From contig OY762911.1 of the NCBI GenBank assembly GCA_963666565.1, positions 1,536,001 to 1,600,000 of the forward strand: 64,000 bases of DNA, given 5' to 3'. The notes below the pieces were generated by a model, which saw only the letters and a list, made by a program, of their open reading frames with translations, did no database searches and was not told the origin of the DNA. Of the stretch, positions 39,602-47,574 are shown in pieces. Made by a program: the position numbers and the translations under genes. Positions within the stretch are counted from its first letter, which is position 1, and the number at the start of each line of letters is the position of its first letter. This stretch comes from Thermoanaerobaculia bacterium. Lineage in GTDB: Bacteria; Acidobacteriota; Thermoanaerobaculia; Multivoradales; Multivoraceae.

Positions 39602-40903
39602 TCACTGCACGGCTCCGGCCCCGGCGGCGCCGCGATCGAGCACCCGCCGGCCGATGTCGGAGCGCATCGCCTTCGACGGCCAGCGGATGCAGGCGGCGGC
39701 GCCGTACGCGCGGTCGAGCGCCTGGGCAAGGTCGTCCCCCAGCGCGCAGACGTTGAGGACCCGTCCGCCCGTCGCGATCACCGCGCCGTTTCGCCGGCCC
39801 GTGCCCGCGTGGAACACGACGACGCCTTCTCCCGCCCGCGCGTCCTCGATCCCCTCGATCGGATCGCCCGAGGCCGCCTTCCCGGGGTAGCCTCGGTTGG
39901 CCAGCACGAGGCAGGCGGACGCGCCCGCCCGGAAGGCAAGCTCCGAGCGTCCGAAGTCGCCGCCGGCGCCGGCGAGGAACAGGTCGACCGGATCCTCGTC
40001 CAGGCGAAGCAGCAGCGCCTGGGCTTCGGGGTCGCCCAGCCGGACGTTGAACTCGAGCACCTGCGGCCCGTCGTCCGGGTGCATCATCAGGCCGGCGTAG
40101 AGGACGCCCGAGAACGGCGTGCCGTCCGCCGCCATGCCGGCCACGGTGCGCTCCATCACCTCGCCCATGATCCGGTCGACTTCGCCGTCCGAGACGATCC
40201 CGGCCGGGCTGTGGGCGCCCATGCCGCCGGTGTTGGGCCCGGAGTCGCCGTCGCCGATCCGCTTGTAGTCCTTGGACGTCGCGAGCGGCAGCACCCGCCG
40301 GCCGTCGCAGAAGCCGATGAAGGAGACCTCCTCCCCCGGCACGAAGGGCTCGATCAGGATGCGGGCGCCGGCGTCGCCGAACCGGCGCTCCACGAAGAAC
40401 TCGTCCAGCGCCGCCTCCAGTTCCGAGAGCGTCGAGACGATCAGCACGCCCTTGCCCGCGGCCAGGCCGTCCGCCTTCAGCACGGCCGGCAGTCCGAAGC
40501 GTTCGGCCGCGCGCCGGGCGGCTTCGCGGTCGGCGGCGACCTCGAAGTCGCAGGTCGGCACGCCGTGCCGGTGCATGAACTCCTTGGCGAAGATCTTGGA
40601 ACTCTCCAGGCGCGCGGCGGCCCGCGTGGGCCCGAAGATCGGCAGGCCGCGCTCCCGGAAGGCGTCTACCGCGCCGAGCGAGAGGGGCAGCTCGGGGCCG
40701 ACGACCGTGAGATCGATCCCCCGTTCGGCGGCGAACCCGGCGAGGCCGTCGATGTCCGCCACGTCGAGCGCGACGCTCTCGCCGCATTCCTCGGTCCCCG
40801 GGCTGCCGGGCGCGCACCAGAGTTCGGTCGCGGGCGACCGTTCCCGGATGAGCCAGCAGAGGGCGTGCTCGCGGCCGCCGTTGCCGATGACCAGGACTCT
40901 CAG
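39602..40903 (-). CDS. purD: Phosphoribosylamine-glycine ligase (probable CTG start)
   Basis: N-terminus LRVLVIGNGGREHAL; VGPE.PL, LESSK.FAK, KADGLAAGKGV, GPNTGGMG, EFNVRLGDPE. Confidence 0.93.
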   Translation of the reverse strand: MRVLVIGNGGREHALCWLIRERSPATELWCAPGSPGTEECGESVALDVADIDGLAGFAAERGIDLTVVGPELPLSLGAVDAFRERGLPIFGPTRAAARLESSKIFAKEFMHRHGVPTCDFEVAADREAARRAAERFGLPAVLKADGLAAGKGVLIVSTLSELEAALDEFFVERRFGDAGARILIEPFVPGEEVSFIGFCDGRRVLPLATSKDYKRIGDGDSGPNTGGMGAHSPAGIVSDGEVDRIMGEVMERTVAGMAADGTPFSGVLYAGLMMHPDDGPQVLEFNVRLGDPEAQALLLRLDEDPVDLFLAGAGGDFGRSELAFRAGASACLVLANRGYPGKAASGDPIEGIEDARAGEGVVVFHAGTGRRNGAVIATGGRVLNVCALGDDLAQALDRAYGAAACIRWPSKAMRSDIGRRVLDRGAAGAGAVQ

Positions 40904-41814
40904 GGCGCGGCCTCCGCCAGGTCGCGGGCGGCCGGCGCGGCCGGCGCCGGAACCGCGGCGAGGGTGCGGATCGCCGCCTCGACCTCGTCGATCATCGCGT
41001 CGGGGGTGGAGGCCCCGGCGGTGACGCCGACCGTGCGGCAGTCCTCGAACCAGTCCCGCCGCAGGTCGTCCGCGTCGTGGACGAGGTGGCTCCTCGGTTC
41101 GGTCTCCCGGCAGATCTCCCAGAGGTGGCGCGTGTTCGCGCTGTGCCGGCCGCCGACGACGACGACGCAGTCGACCTCCGGGTCGGCCGCCAGGGCGCGC
41201 GCCGCGTCCTGGTTCTCCTTCGTCGCGTAGCAGATCGTGTCGGCGCGCTCGGCGTCCCCGGCGCGCGCCTCGATCGCTCGCGCGACCTGCTCGTACTCCT
41301 CGCTGTTCAGGGTCGTCTGGTAGAAGATCGTGACCTTCGGGTGGCGCTCGAAGTCGATCCTGGCGGCGTCGGCCGGCGTCAGCACGACGTCGTAGGCGTC
41401 GGGATCGAGATCCCGCGTGTAGCCGACGACTTCCCGGTGCTGCGAGTCGCCGATGAACACGAGGTGGCGGCCCGCCTCAAGCGCCTGCCGGGCCTCTTCG
41501 TGGACGTCGTAGACGAAGGGGCAGGTCGTGTCGACGACGAGGAGGCCGCGTTCCAGGGCCCGCCGGTGGAAGGAGGGCGGGACGCCGTGCGCCGAGAAGA
41601 CGATCGTCCCGTTCTCGACGTCGTCGAGCGCGCCGGCCGTGTCGAAGCCGAGCTGCACGAGGTCCGAGACGACGCGCTCGTTGTGGACCAGTTGGCCGAG
41701 GATTTGGCCGCGCCGACCGTCCGCAGCCAGCTTGCGCACTGTGCGGTCGGCAATCCGCACCCCGGCGCAGAATCCGTACTTCTCGGCGCGCCTGAGGGCC
41801 GGAGGCCCCATCAT
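40900..41814 (-). CDS. ispH: 4-hydroxy-3-methylbut-2-enyl diphosphate reductase
   Basis: Motifs GFCAGV, VHN, SAHG, DTTCP.V, QTT, TICYATKENQ, SANT, TAGASTP. Confidence 0.95.
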   Translation of the reverse strand: MMGPPALRRAEKYGFCAGVRIADRTVRKLAADGRRGQILGQLVHNERVVSDLVQLGFDTAGALDDVENGTIVFSAHGVPPSFHRRALERGLLVVDTTCPFVYDVHEEARQALEAGRHLVFIGDSQHREVVGYTRDLDPDAYDVVLTPADAARIDFERHPKVTIFYQTTLNSEEYEQVARAIEARAGDAERADTICYATKENQDAARALAADPEVDCVVVVGGRHSANTRHLWEICRETEPRSHLVHDADDLRRDWFEDCRTVGVTAGASTPDAMIDEVEAAIRTLAAVPAPAAPAARDLAEAAP

Positions 41815-41880
41815 TCCGTCGTTTCCAACTGGCTCTCCCGCCGGCCGCCGGGCCGGCGAAGCGCGATCCTAGCAGGGCCA

Positions 41881-41960
41881 ACGCCGGTACACCGGGTGCG
41901 CCGTTGACGCCGGTACGCACCGGGTGCGGCGTTGACGGAGTCACACACTGGGTGCGTCGC
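41881..41960 (+). repeat. Three degenerate tandem REP-end copies (~27-bp period)
   Basis: ACGCCGGTACACCGGGTGCGCCGTTG / ACGCCGGTACGCACCGGGTGCGGCGTTG / ACGGAGTCACACACTGGGTGCGTCGC. Confidence 0.65.
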
Positions 41961-41968
41961 CGCTGGGG

Positions 41969-42226
41969 ATGGTCGTCCAGAGAGCCGCTCGTGGTAGTGT
42001 GCGCGAGGTGGGCAAACTAGTCGCACTTGCGATCCCCAAAGCGAAGCTGCCTCGCAGCTACCCAAACTGGTCGGTGGTGGATGGTCGGCGTCTACGCACA
42101 GATTGGATCCGCGTCGGTGACGACCTTCACAACGCCTTGAGACGGGAGAAAGAGCGGCAGGATGGCGGGCAAGGGAAGCGGAAGACGGCAGCACCGGCAG
42201 CAACAGCAGGGTCATCAGCAAGTTAG
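41969..42226 (+). CDS. Small hypothetical protein, partner of the DUF2335-like gene
   Basis: Visibly lower GC than the flanks; LRTDWIRVGDDLHNAL segment; overlaps the next ORF. Confidence 0.55.
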   Translation: MVVQRAARGSVREVGKLVALAIPKAKLPRSYPNWSVVDGRRLRTDWIRVGDDLHNALRREKERQDGGQGKRKTAAPAATAGSSAS

Positions 42227-42521
42227 CGTCTACGAGGAACAGCAGGTTGTCGTTTGGGGCCCGCTTCCGGCTCCCGAGGACTTGGCCGCGTATGAAGCGG
42301 CACAACCTGGCACCGGCAAGCGCATCATGGAGTCGGCGGATAAGGAGGCGTGGCATCGTCGTCTGCGCCAGTTGCTCCTCGTCATCGCCATTCTGCTCGC
42401 AGTATCCGGCGGCGTCACGATTGGCGCCCTTCTGCTTTGGCGCAGCGAGCCCCTGGGGGCCGGCATCGCCCTTGCCTCGGGAACGCTCGTCGCCTACGCG
42501 CTCAGGAAGCAGGTGGTCTAG
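42162..42521 (+). CDS. DUF2335-like membrane protein
   Basis: GPLPAPEDLAAYEAAQPGTGKRIMESADKEAWHRR followed by two TM helices (family recalled from memory). Confidence 0.7.
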   Translation: MAGKGSGRRQHRQQQQGHQQVSVYEEQQVVVWGPLPAPEDLAAYEAAQPGTGKRIMESADKEAWHRRLRQLLLVIAILLAVSGGVTIGALLLWRSEPLGAGIALASGTLVAYALRKQVV

Positions 42522-42580
42522 TTCAGTTCGTTCCGCGGTACTGCTGTCCCTCGCTGCCGCTCGGTTACCTTTTCCTCTAG

Positions 42581-44131
42581 AGCGTAATCCAATCCTGAAA
42601 TGAGCCTGAACGGGACCGTCGTTGGGAAGCGATCCGGTTCGGTTCCGGGAGAGTTCAGGAGCGGCAGACGGAGCGCTAGCGGAGTCTGCCGCCTAAGGGT
42701 ACGCCCGCGTGGCGGGCGGCGGTGGCCGGCAGCCGTGCCGGCGGTCGGTGTTGCGGTTTGCATCGCGGTCAGGCGGTGCGGCGCCGAAGAGGATCGGCCT
42801 CTCGCTTGATGAGGTCGAAGAGTCGATCGCGGGCGTTGTTGAGAGCGATGGCTGCATCGAGGTCGCTTACGGCCTTGGCCCCTCGCTCGAGCGCGGCGAT
42901 GGTGATGTCGGGCTTCAGGTACTGCTCGGCGCCCGGCAGGGACTTGAGCTTCTCGAACGGCGTCATGGTGTCCTGGTAGCGGTAGCGCCGGGTCGCCTTC
43001 CCCTTCGGATCGACGACTTCGGTGGGAAACAGGCACGGGCGGTGGAGGTTGAGGTAGGGCGTGAGGACGTCTCGGGAGAAGACGTTGACCTCGCGGTCGA
43101 ACAGCTTCGGGATGTGGCCGTAGCCGAAGCAGCGCCGGATCACGTTGCCGTTCTTGGACTCGACCAGCGCGTTGTCGTTGCTGCGCCGCGGCCGCGACTT
43201 GGTGAACTCCGGGATGTGCAGGCTGTTCAGCATCTCCGCCACTCGGTGGTTGATGTACTCCGAGCCGTTGTCGGCGTGGAAGCCCAACACCTTGAAGGGA
43301 CAGGACTCGATCAGCTCCCGCAACACCTTGAGCAGGCAGTTCTGCGAGATCGCCCGCACCGTGCCGACGTGCTCCCACTGGGTCACCTCGTCCACCAGAT
43401 TGACGTGGAAGACGCCCTTCTCGCCGTCCTTCTCCCCCTGGTCCACCGTGTCCACTCGCAGGAAGCCCGGACGCCCCTTGGGCCGGGGCTTGCGCCGTTC
43501 CGCGATCCCGACCTTCCGCGCCTTCGTCTTCCGGCGGTGCGTGCGGCGCCGCGTGTAGGTCTTCGACTTGCGCAGGTTGTAGAAGTGACCGTTGGAGATC
43601 GAGGCCAGCCGCTCGAAGCGCTCGTCGCCGTACTCCTCGTACATCCGCCGCATCACCGCCCGCGTGGCGTGCCCGCACCTCTGCTCCAGCACAGCGTCGA
43701 CCTCGGCCAGAAGGCCCTTGTCCGCCTTGGTGAACCGCGCCTTGAACGCGTTCTTCGGCGGGCCGCGGCGATCCACGATTCGGCCCGTCTCCAGGTACTG
43801 CCGGATCAGCCGCTGAACCTGGGCTCTCGACAGTCCCGTGACCTTCGCCAGATAGGCCCGCACCGTGCCCTTGTCCCGCCGACCGAGCGACGAGTAGCGG
43901 AACCGGCCGAGCGTACGCCGGCAGAATGCGTAGGCCGACGAACGATCCGTGTGCCGAAAGCTCGCCTCTCCGCTCGAGGACAGGAACTCCCGGATCTGGT
44001 CCAAGGTCTGAAGACGGTGGGTATGTAGCGACACGATCATCCTCCGATGATCTCCCGTCGCCGAACTTCAGGCTCATTTCCCGTTGGATTGCGGCACCCC
44101 TTTCAGGCTCACCTTCCAGTGGACAGCTCTT
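42581..44131 (-). mobile_element. Insertion sequence (~1551 bp) flanked by CTAG on both sides
   Basis: Read inward, both ends are CTAG-N20-TGAGCCTGAA (42577-42610 and 44102-44135). An extra internal copy lies at 44067-44090. Confidence 0.8.
42769..44040 (-). CDS. DDE integrase-core (rve-like) transposase
   Basis: N-terminal HTH (GLSRAQVQRLI); RVDTV, FHADNGSEYIN, SRPRRSNDNALVESKN. Confidence 0.9.
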   Translation of the reverse strand: MIVSLHTHRLQTLDQIREFLSSSGEASFRHTDRSSAYAFCRRTLGRFRYSSLGRRDKGTVRAYLAKVTGLSRAQVQRLIRQYLETGRIVDRRGPPKNAFKARFTKADKGLLAEVDAVLEQRCGHATRAVMRRMYEEYGDERFERLASISNGHFYNLRKSKTYTRRRTHRRKTKARKVGIAERRKPRPKGRPGFLRVDTVDQGEKDGEKGVFHVNLVDEVTQWEHVGTVRAISQNCLLKVLRELIESCPFKVLGFHADNGSEYINHRVAEMLNSLHIPEFTKSRPRRSNDNALVESKNGNVIRRCFGYGHIPKLFDREVNVFSRDVLTPYLNLHRPCLFPTEVVDPKGKATRRYRYQDTMTPFEKLKSLPGAEQYLKPDITIAALERGAKAVSDLDAAIALNNARDRLFDLIKREADPLRRRTA

Positions 44132-44186
44132 CTAGGCGCCTCAGCCTCCTGCCGCTGCTACACTGCCCAATGGCGGGTCGCTCGCA

Positions 44187-44693
44187 ATGAAGATCTCGAC
44201 CAAGGGCGAATACGGCATCCGCGCCATGCTGTACGTCGCGATGCACACGGACAAGGGTCCGGTGCCGAGCCACGAGATCGCCGTGAACCAGGGGATCCCG
44301 GAGCCCTACCTGCGCCAGATCCTGGCGGCCCTCGCCCGGGATCGACTGATCCGCTCGAACCGCGGTCCCCAGGGCGGCCACCTGCTGGGCCGGCCGGCCG
44401 AGCGCATCTCGATGCACGACATCCTGGTCGCTCTCGAAGGGCACACGACCTCGATCGACCACATCCTCGCCCAGCCCTGCACGATCGGCGTCGGGCCGAA
44501 GCACTGCGCGATCCGCGAGGTGTTCCTGAGCGTCAAGGAGGCGGTCGAGAACATCCTCTGCAACTACAGCCTGGCCGACCTGGCCGAACGGCAGCAGGAA
44601 GTCTGCGAGTGCAAGATCGAGATTCCGCACGACCTGCCGCCGGAGCGCGTTGCCGCTTCGCCCGGCCGGCCGCTGCACGTCATCGCCGACTGA
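44187..44693 (+). CDS. Rrf2-family transcriptional regulator (CymR/IscR-like)
   Basis: MKISTKGEYGIRAM, YLRQIL, SNRGPQGG.LL; several C-terminal Cys. Extended -10 TGcTACACT at 44156-44164. Confidence 0.9.
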   Translation: MKISTKGEYGIRAMLYVAMHTDKGPVPSHEIAVNQGIPEPYLRQILAALARDRLIRSNRGPQGGHLLGRPAERISMHDILVALEGHTTSIDHILAQPCTIGVGPKHCAIREVFLSVKEAVENILCNYSLADLAERQQEVCECKIEIPHDLPPERVAASPGRPLHVIAD

Positions 44694-44710
44694 ACGCCGG
44701 GGTTCGTCCG

Positions 44711-45223
44711 TTGCCGACCGGTCGCCGCGTCTCGCGGTCCGCGCTCGTCTGTCTCGGCCTTCTCGTCCTCGCCTCCGGCTGGGCCTGCGAGCGCGCCGCG
44801 GTCCCGCCGCCGCTCGACGAGAACGACCTGGAGACCGTGGCCGTGGAGCAGCCGGCGGATTCCATCTTCACGCCGGACGAGGACGTCCGGGAGCGGCGGG
44901 CGCCGGAGGCGGCGCTGCGCGGCCGCATCCCCGGCGCGTTCCCGGACAGCTTCCCGGTGCCGGACGGTTCCACGGTGGTCGACTTCGGCGACGTGGCGGC
45001 GGCGGAGGGCGAGCCGGTGGCCGAGTACGTCGGCCTGCTCCTGCCGCTGGGCGCTCCCGCCGCGCGCGAGTGGCTGCTGCGAGAGGCGCAGGCGGCGGGC
45101 TGGCGGGCCACGCTCGGCGAGTCAATGACCTTTCGCCGCGGCGAGGAGTGGGTCGAGATTTCGATCAGTCCGGGGGCGACGCCGGGAAACTCGGCGGCGC
45201 GGTTCGAGTACGCGAAGCCCTAG
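44711..45223 (+). CDS. Hypothetical lipoprotein
   Basis: Hydrophobic signal ending GWAC; IPGAFPDSFPVPDG segment. Start uncertain. Confidence 0.6.
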   Translation: MPTGRRVSRSALVCLGLLVLASGWACERAAVPPPLDENDLETVAVEQPADSIFTPDEDVRERRAPEAALRGRIPGAFPDSFPVPDGSTVVDFGDVAAAEGEPVAEYVGLLLPLGAPAAREWLLREAQAAGWRATLGESMTFRRGEEWVEISISPGATPGNSAARFEYAKP

Positions 45224-45239
45224 CTAGGCGGCGGCGCCG

Positions 45240-45310
45240 GCCCGACGGCCGGCGCGGTTTCCTGGCCGCCTTCGGCTGCAGCCGGCGGGGACGCCGGCGC
45301 ACCCGGTGCG
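45240..45310 (-). repeat. REP-like three-hairpin element (type B)
   Basis: Minus strand CGCACCGGGTGCGCCGGCGTCCCGCCGGCTGCAGCCGAAGGCGGCCAGGAAACCGCGCCGGCC; lies between convergent genes. Confidence 0.75.
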
Positions 45311-45318
45311 CAACGCCG

Positions 45319-47574
45319 TCACCGCCGCGCCCCCGACGCTTCCGCCAACCGCCAAAACAGCCGCTCGTACTCGTCCGCCACGCGGTCCCAGTCGTACTCC
45401 GAAGCCGCCCGCCGCGCCGCCCGCTCGCCGCGCTCGCGCGCCCGCGCCGGGTCGGCCCGCGCGAACTCGAAGGCGCCGACCAGCGACTCTTCGTCCTCCA
45501 CGTCGAAGTAGACGCCGGCGTCGCCGGCCGTCTCGCGGTTGGCCGGCTCGTCGTTGACCAGTACGCAGTTGCCGTAGCCCATCGCCTCGACCAGGGCCGG
45601 ATGCGTGCCGCCGACCTCCGTGGCGTGCACCGTCGCCAGCGCCGACGACAGCAGGCCGCGGTAGCCCTCGCCGAAGACCGTGCCCGGGAACCGCACCCGC
45701 GGGTCGGCGCCGCGTTTCATCGCGGCGATGAAGTCGCTCGCGTAGGGCGCGTCGCCGACCATGACCAGCGGCAGGTCGCCGCCGACCCGCCGGTAGGCCG
45801 CGACCACCCGGTGCGGGTTGTTCTCCGGCTCGAACCGGCTGACGTAGAGGAAGTAGCGCCGCGCTTCCAGGCCCAGCTCTCCCAGGATCGGATGGTCGGG
45901 GAGGGGCGCGGGCTCGACCCCGTAGCGGATCATCGTCGAGTCGCGCCCGTAGCGGTCGCGGTAGTGGGCGGCGATCGTGTCCGCGTCCGTCACCGTCACG
46001 CCGGGCAGCAGGCAGGCCAGCCGCTCGGAGGCCGCGTAGACCAGGCGCCCCGGCCAGCCCCACTTGGCCCGCCGCTTCTCGATGCCGTCGACGTGCAGGG
46101 CGGTGCGGATGCGCCGCGGCCACAGCAGCGGCAGGAAGACCGCGTTGGCGCCGTTGACCACCAGGGCGGCCCGCGAGCCGCGCGCGCACAGCGTCGCGTG
46201 GAGGCAGGAGAGCAGCGTGTGAACCGGTGTGTCGCCGTACTTCGTCCTGAGCGTGGGCAGGACGACGAGCTCGACTCCGCGGTGCGAGCGCAGGCGCCGG
46301 TCCACGTAGTGGGACCGGCAGTAGACCGTCACCCGCCAGCCGCGGTCGGCCAGCCGGGGGGCCAGCGCCTCGATCATCGTCTCGTAGCCGCTGTAGTTGG
46401 CGGGAATGCCGCGGCTTCCGAGCACGAGGATGCGCGGCCGCTCCGGGTCGGCGGGCAGGGAGGCGCGCCCGAACCAGCGGGCCGTCGCGCGGGCGGGGAC
46501 GAGCCGGCGGGACCGGATGACGTCGCGCCGTTCGCGCAGCCGGCGGCGATGGCGCCAAAGCCATCCGTAAGCGGCCAGCGACGACCGTTCGCGCAGGAGG
46601 ACGTAGGCGAGGATGCCGAGTTCCCGCACGGCGGCCGACAGGAAGGTGCGCGGCAGGTCGGCGAGGGTGCGGTGGTAGTACTGCAGCAGGTAGCGGTTCT
46701 TGAGGGAGTGGAAGTTGACCGTCGGCGGCATCCGCCGCCGCCGCCGCGCGAGGTTGACGCGGCGGTGCGCCGCGCGGGCGCGGGGTTCGTAGAGAACCTG
46801 CCAGCCGCGTTCCTGCAGGCGGAAGCAGAGCTCGGCGTCTTCCCGGTAGGAGTGGAAGTCGTCGTCGAGGACGCGGCCGTCGATGGCGACGTCGCGAAGC
46901 GCGGCGCTCAGGAACAGGGTCGCGGCGCCGGTGCCGCCGAACACGCGCTCGGTCGTGGCGTACTGGCCGTGGTCGGCCTGGTCGCCTCCGCGGTCGACGT
47001 GGCGCCAGCTTCGGGTCAGCGCCATGCCGCAGGCGTCGAGCGTCGGCCAGCCGCTGCGCCGGCCTTCTGGCGAGCTTGCGGCCCGGCTGTCGGTGCGCCG
47101 GCAATCCGCCGAACGCGGGCTCTCTCCGGTACGCGCCCGCAACAGCCGCCCCGTTGCCGCGCCGACCGGCCTCTCGGTGCTCGTGAACCGGCGCGCGCTC
47201 TCGATCAACCGCACCGCGTAGTCGGCCGCCGGCCAGGCGTCGGCGTTCAGGCTCAGCACCCACTCGGGGCAGGGGTCGCTGCCGAAGGCGCACTCGAGCG
47301 CGCGGTTCAGGCCGCCGGCGAAGCCGGTGTTCTCGTCGAGAGCGATGACCTCCACCGGGAAGCCGGCTGCGCCGGCGTGCTCGAGCAGCAGTTCCCGGGT
47401 GCCGTCCGCGCTCGCGTTGTCGACCGCGATCAGGCGGAACGCCGGCCCTTCGAGTCCGGCGAGCGCCTCGAAGAACCGCGGCAGGTTCTTCGCGTCGTTC
47501 CAGGTGACCGTGCAGATCGCGAGCTCCGCACCCAGTGTGCGACGCTCTTCCGCTTCGTTCTTCCGCGAACTCAC
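45319..47574 (-). CDS. Fused GT2 + GT4 glycosyltransferase
   Basis: N-half: VTWN, VDNASADG, NTGFAGGLN, LNAD, EDAEL. C-half: GSRGIPANYSGYET, SRFEPENN, EVGGTHPALVEAM. GTGA overlap at 47571-47574. Confidence 0.85.
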   Translation of the reverse strand: MSSRKNEAEERRTLGAELAICTVTWNDAKNLPRFFEALAGLEGPAFRLIAVDNASADGTRELLLEHAGAAGFPVEVIALDENTGFAGGLNRALECAFGSDPCPEWVLSLNADAWPAADYAVRLIESARRFTSTERPVGAATGRLLRARTGESPRSADCRRTDSRAASSPEGRRSGWPTLDACGMALTRSWRHVDRGGDQADHGQYATTERVFGGTGAATLFLSAALRDVAIDGRVLDDDFHSYREDAELCFRLQERGWQVLYEPRARAAHRRVNLARRRRRMPPTVNFHSLKNRYLLQYYHRTLADLPRTFLSAAVRELGILAYVLLRERSSLAAYGWLWRHRRRLRERRDVIRSRRLVPARATARWFGRASLPADPERPRILVLGSRGIPANYSGYETMIEALAPRLADRGWRVTVYCRSHYVDRRLRSHRGVELVVLPTLRTKYGDTPVHTLLSCLHATLCARGSRAALVVNGANAVFLPLLWPRRIRTALHVDGIEKRRAKWGWPGRLVYAASERLACLLPGVTVTDADTIAAHYRDRYGRDSTMIRYGVEPAPLPDHPILGELGLEARRYFLYVSRFEPENNPHRVVAAYRRVGGDLPLVMVGDAPYASDFIAAMKRGADPRVRFPGTVFGEGYRGLLSSALATVHATEVGGTHPALVEAMGYGNCVLVNDEPANRETAGDAGVYFDVEDEESLVGAFEFARADPARARERGERAARRAASEYDWDRVADEYERLFWRLAEASGARR

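Noticed and set aside
42709-44028. 439-aa ORF antisense to the transposase
   Set aside because: It mirrors the transposase codons and has no independent motifs.
44690-44693. Second possible CTG start (CTGA overlap with the Rrf2 stop)
   Set aside because: An in-frame TTG at 44711 precedes the signal peptide and no SD supports the CTG.
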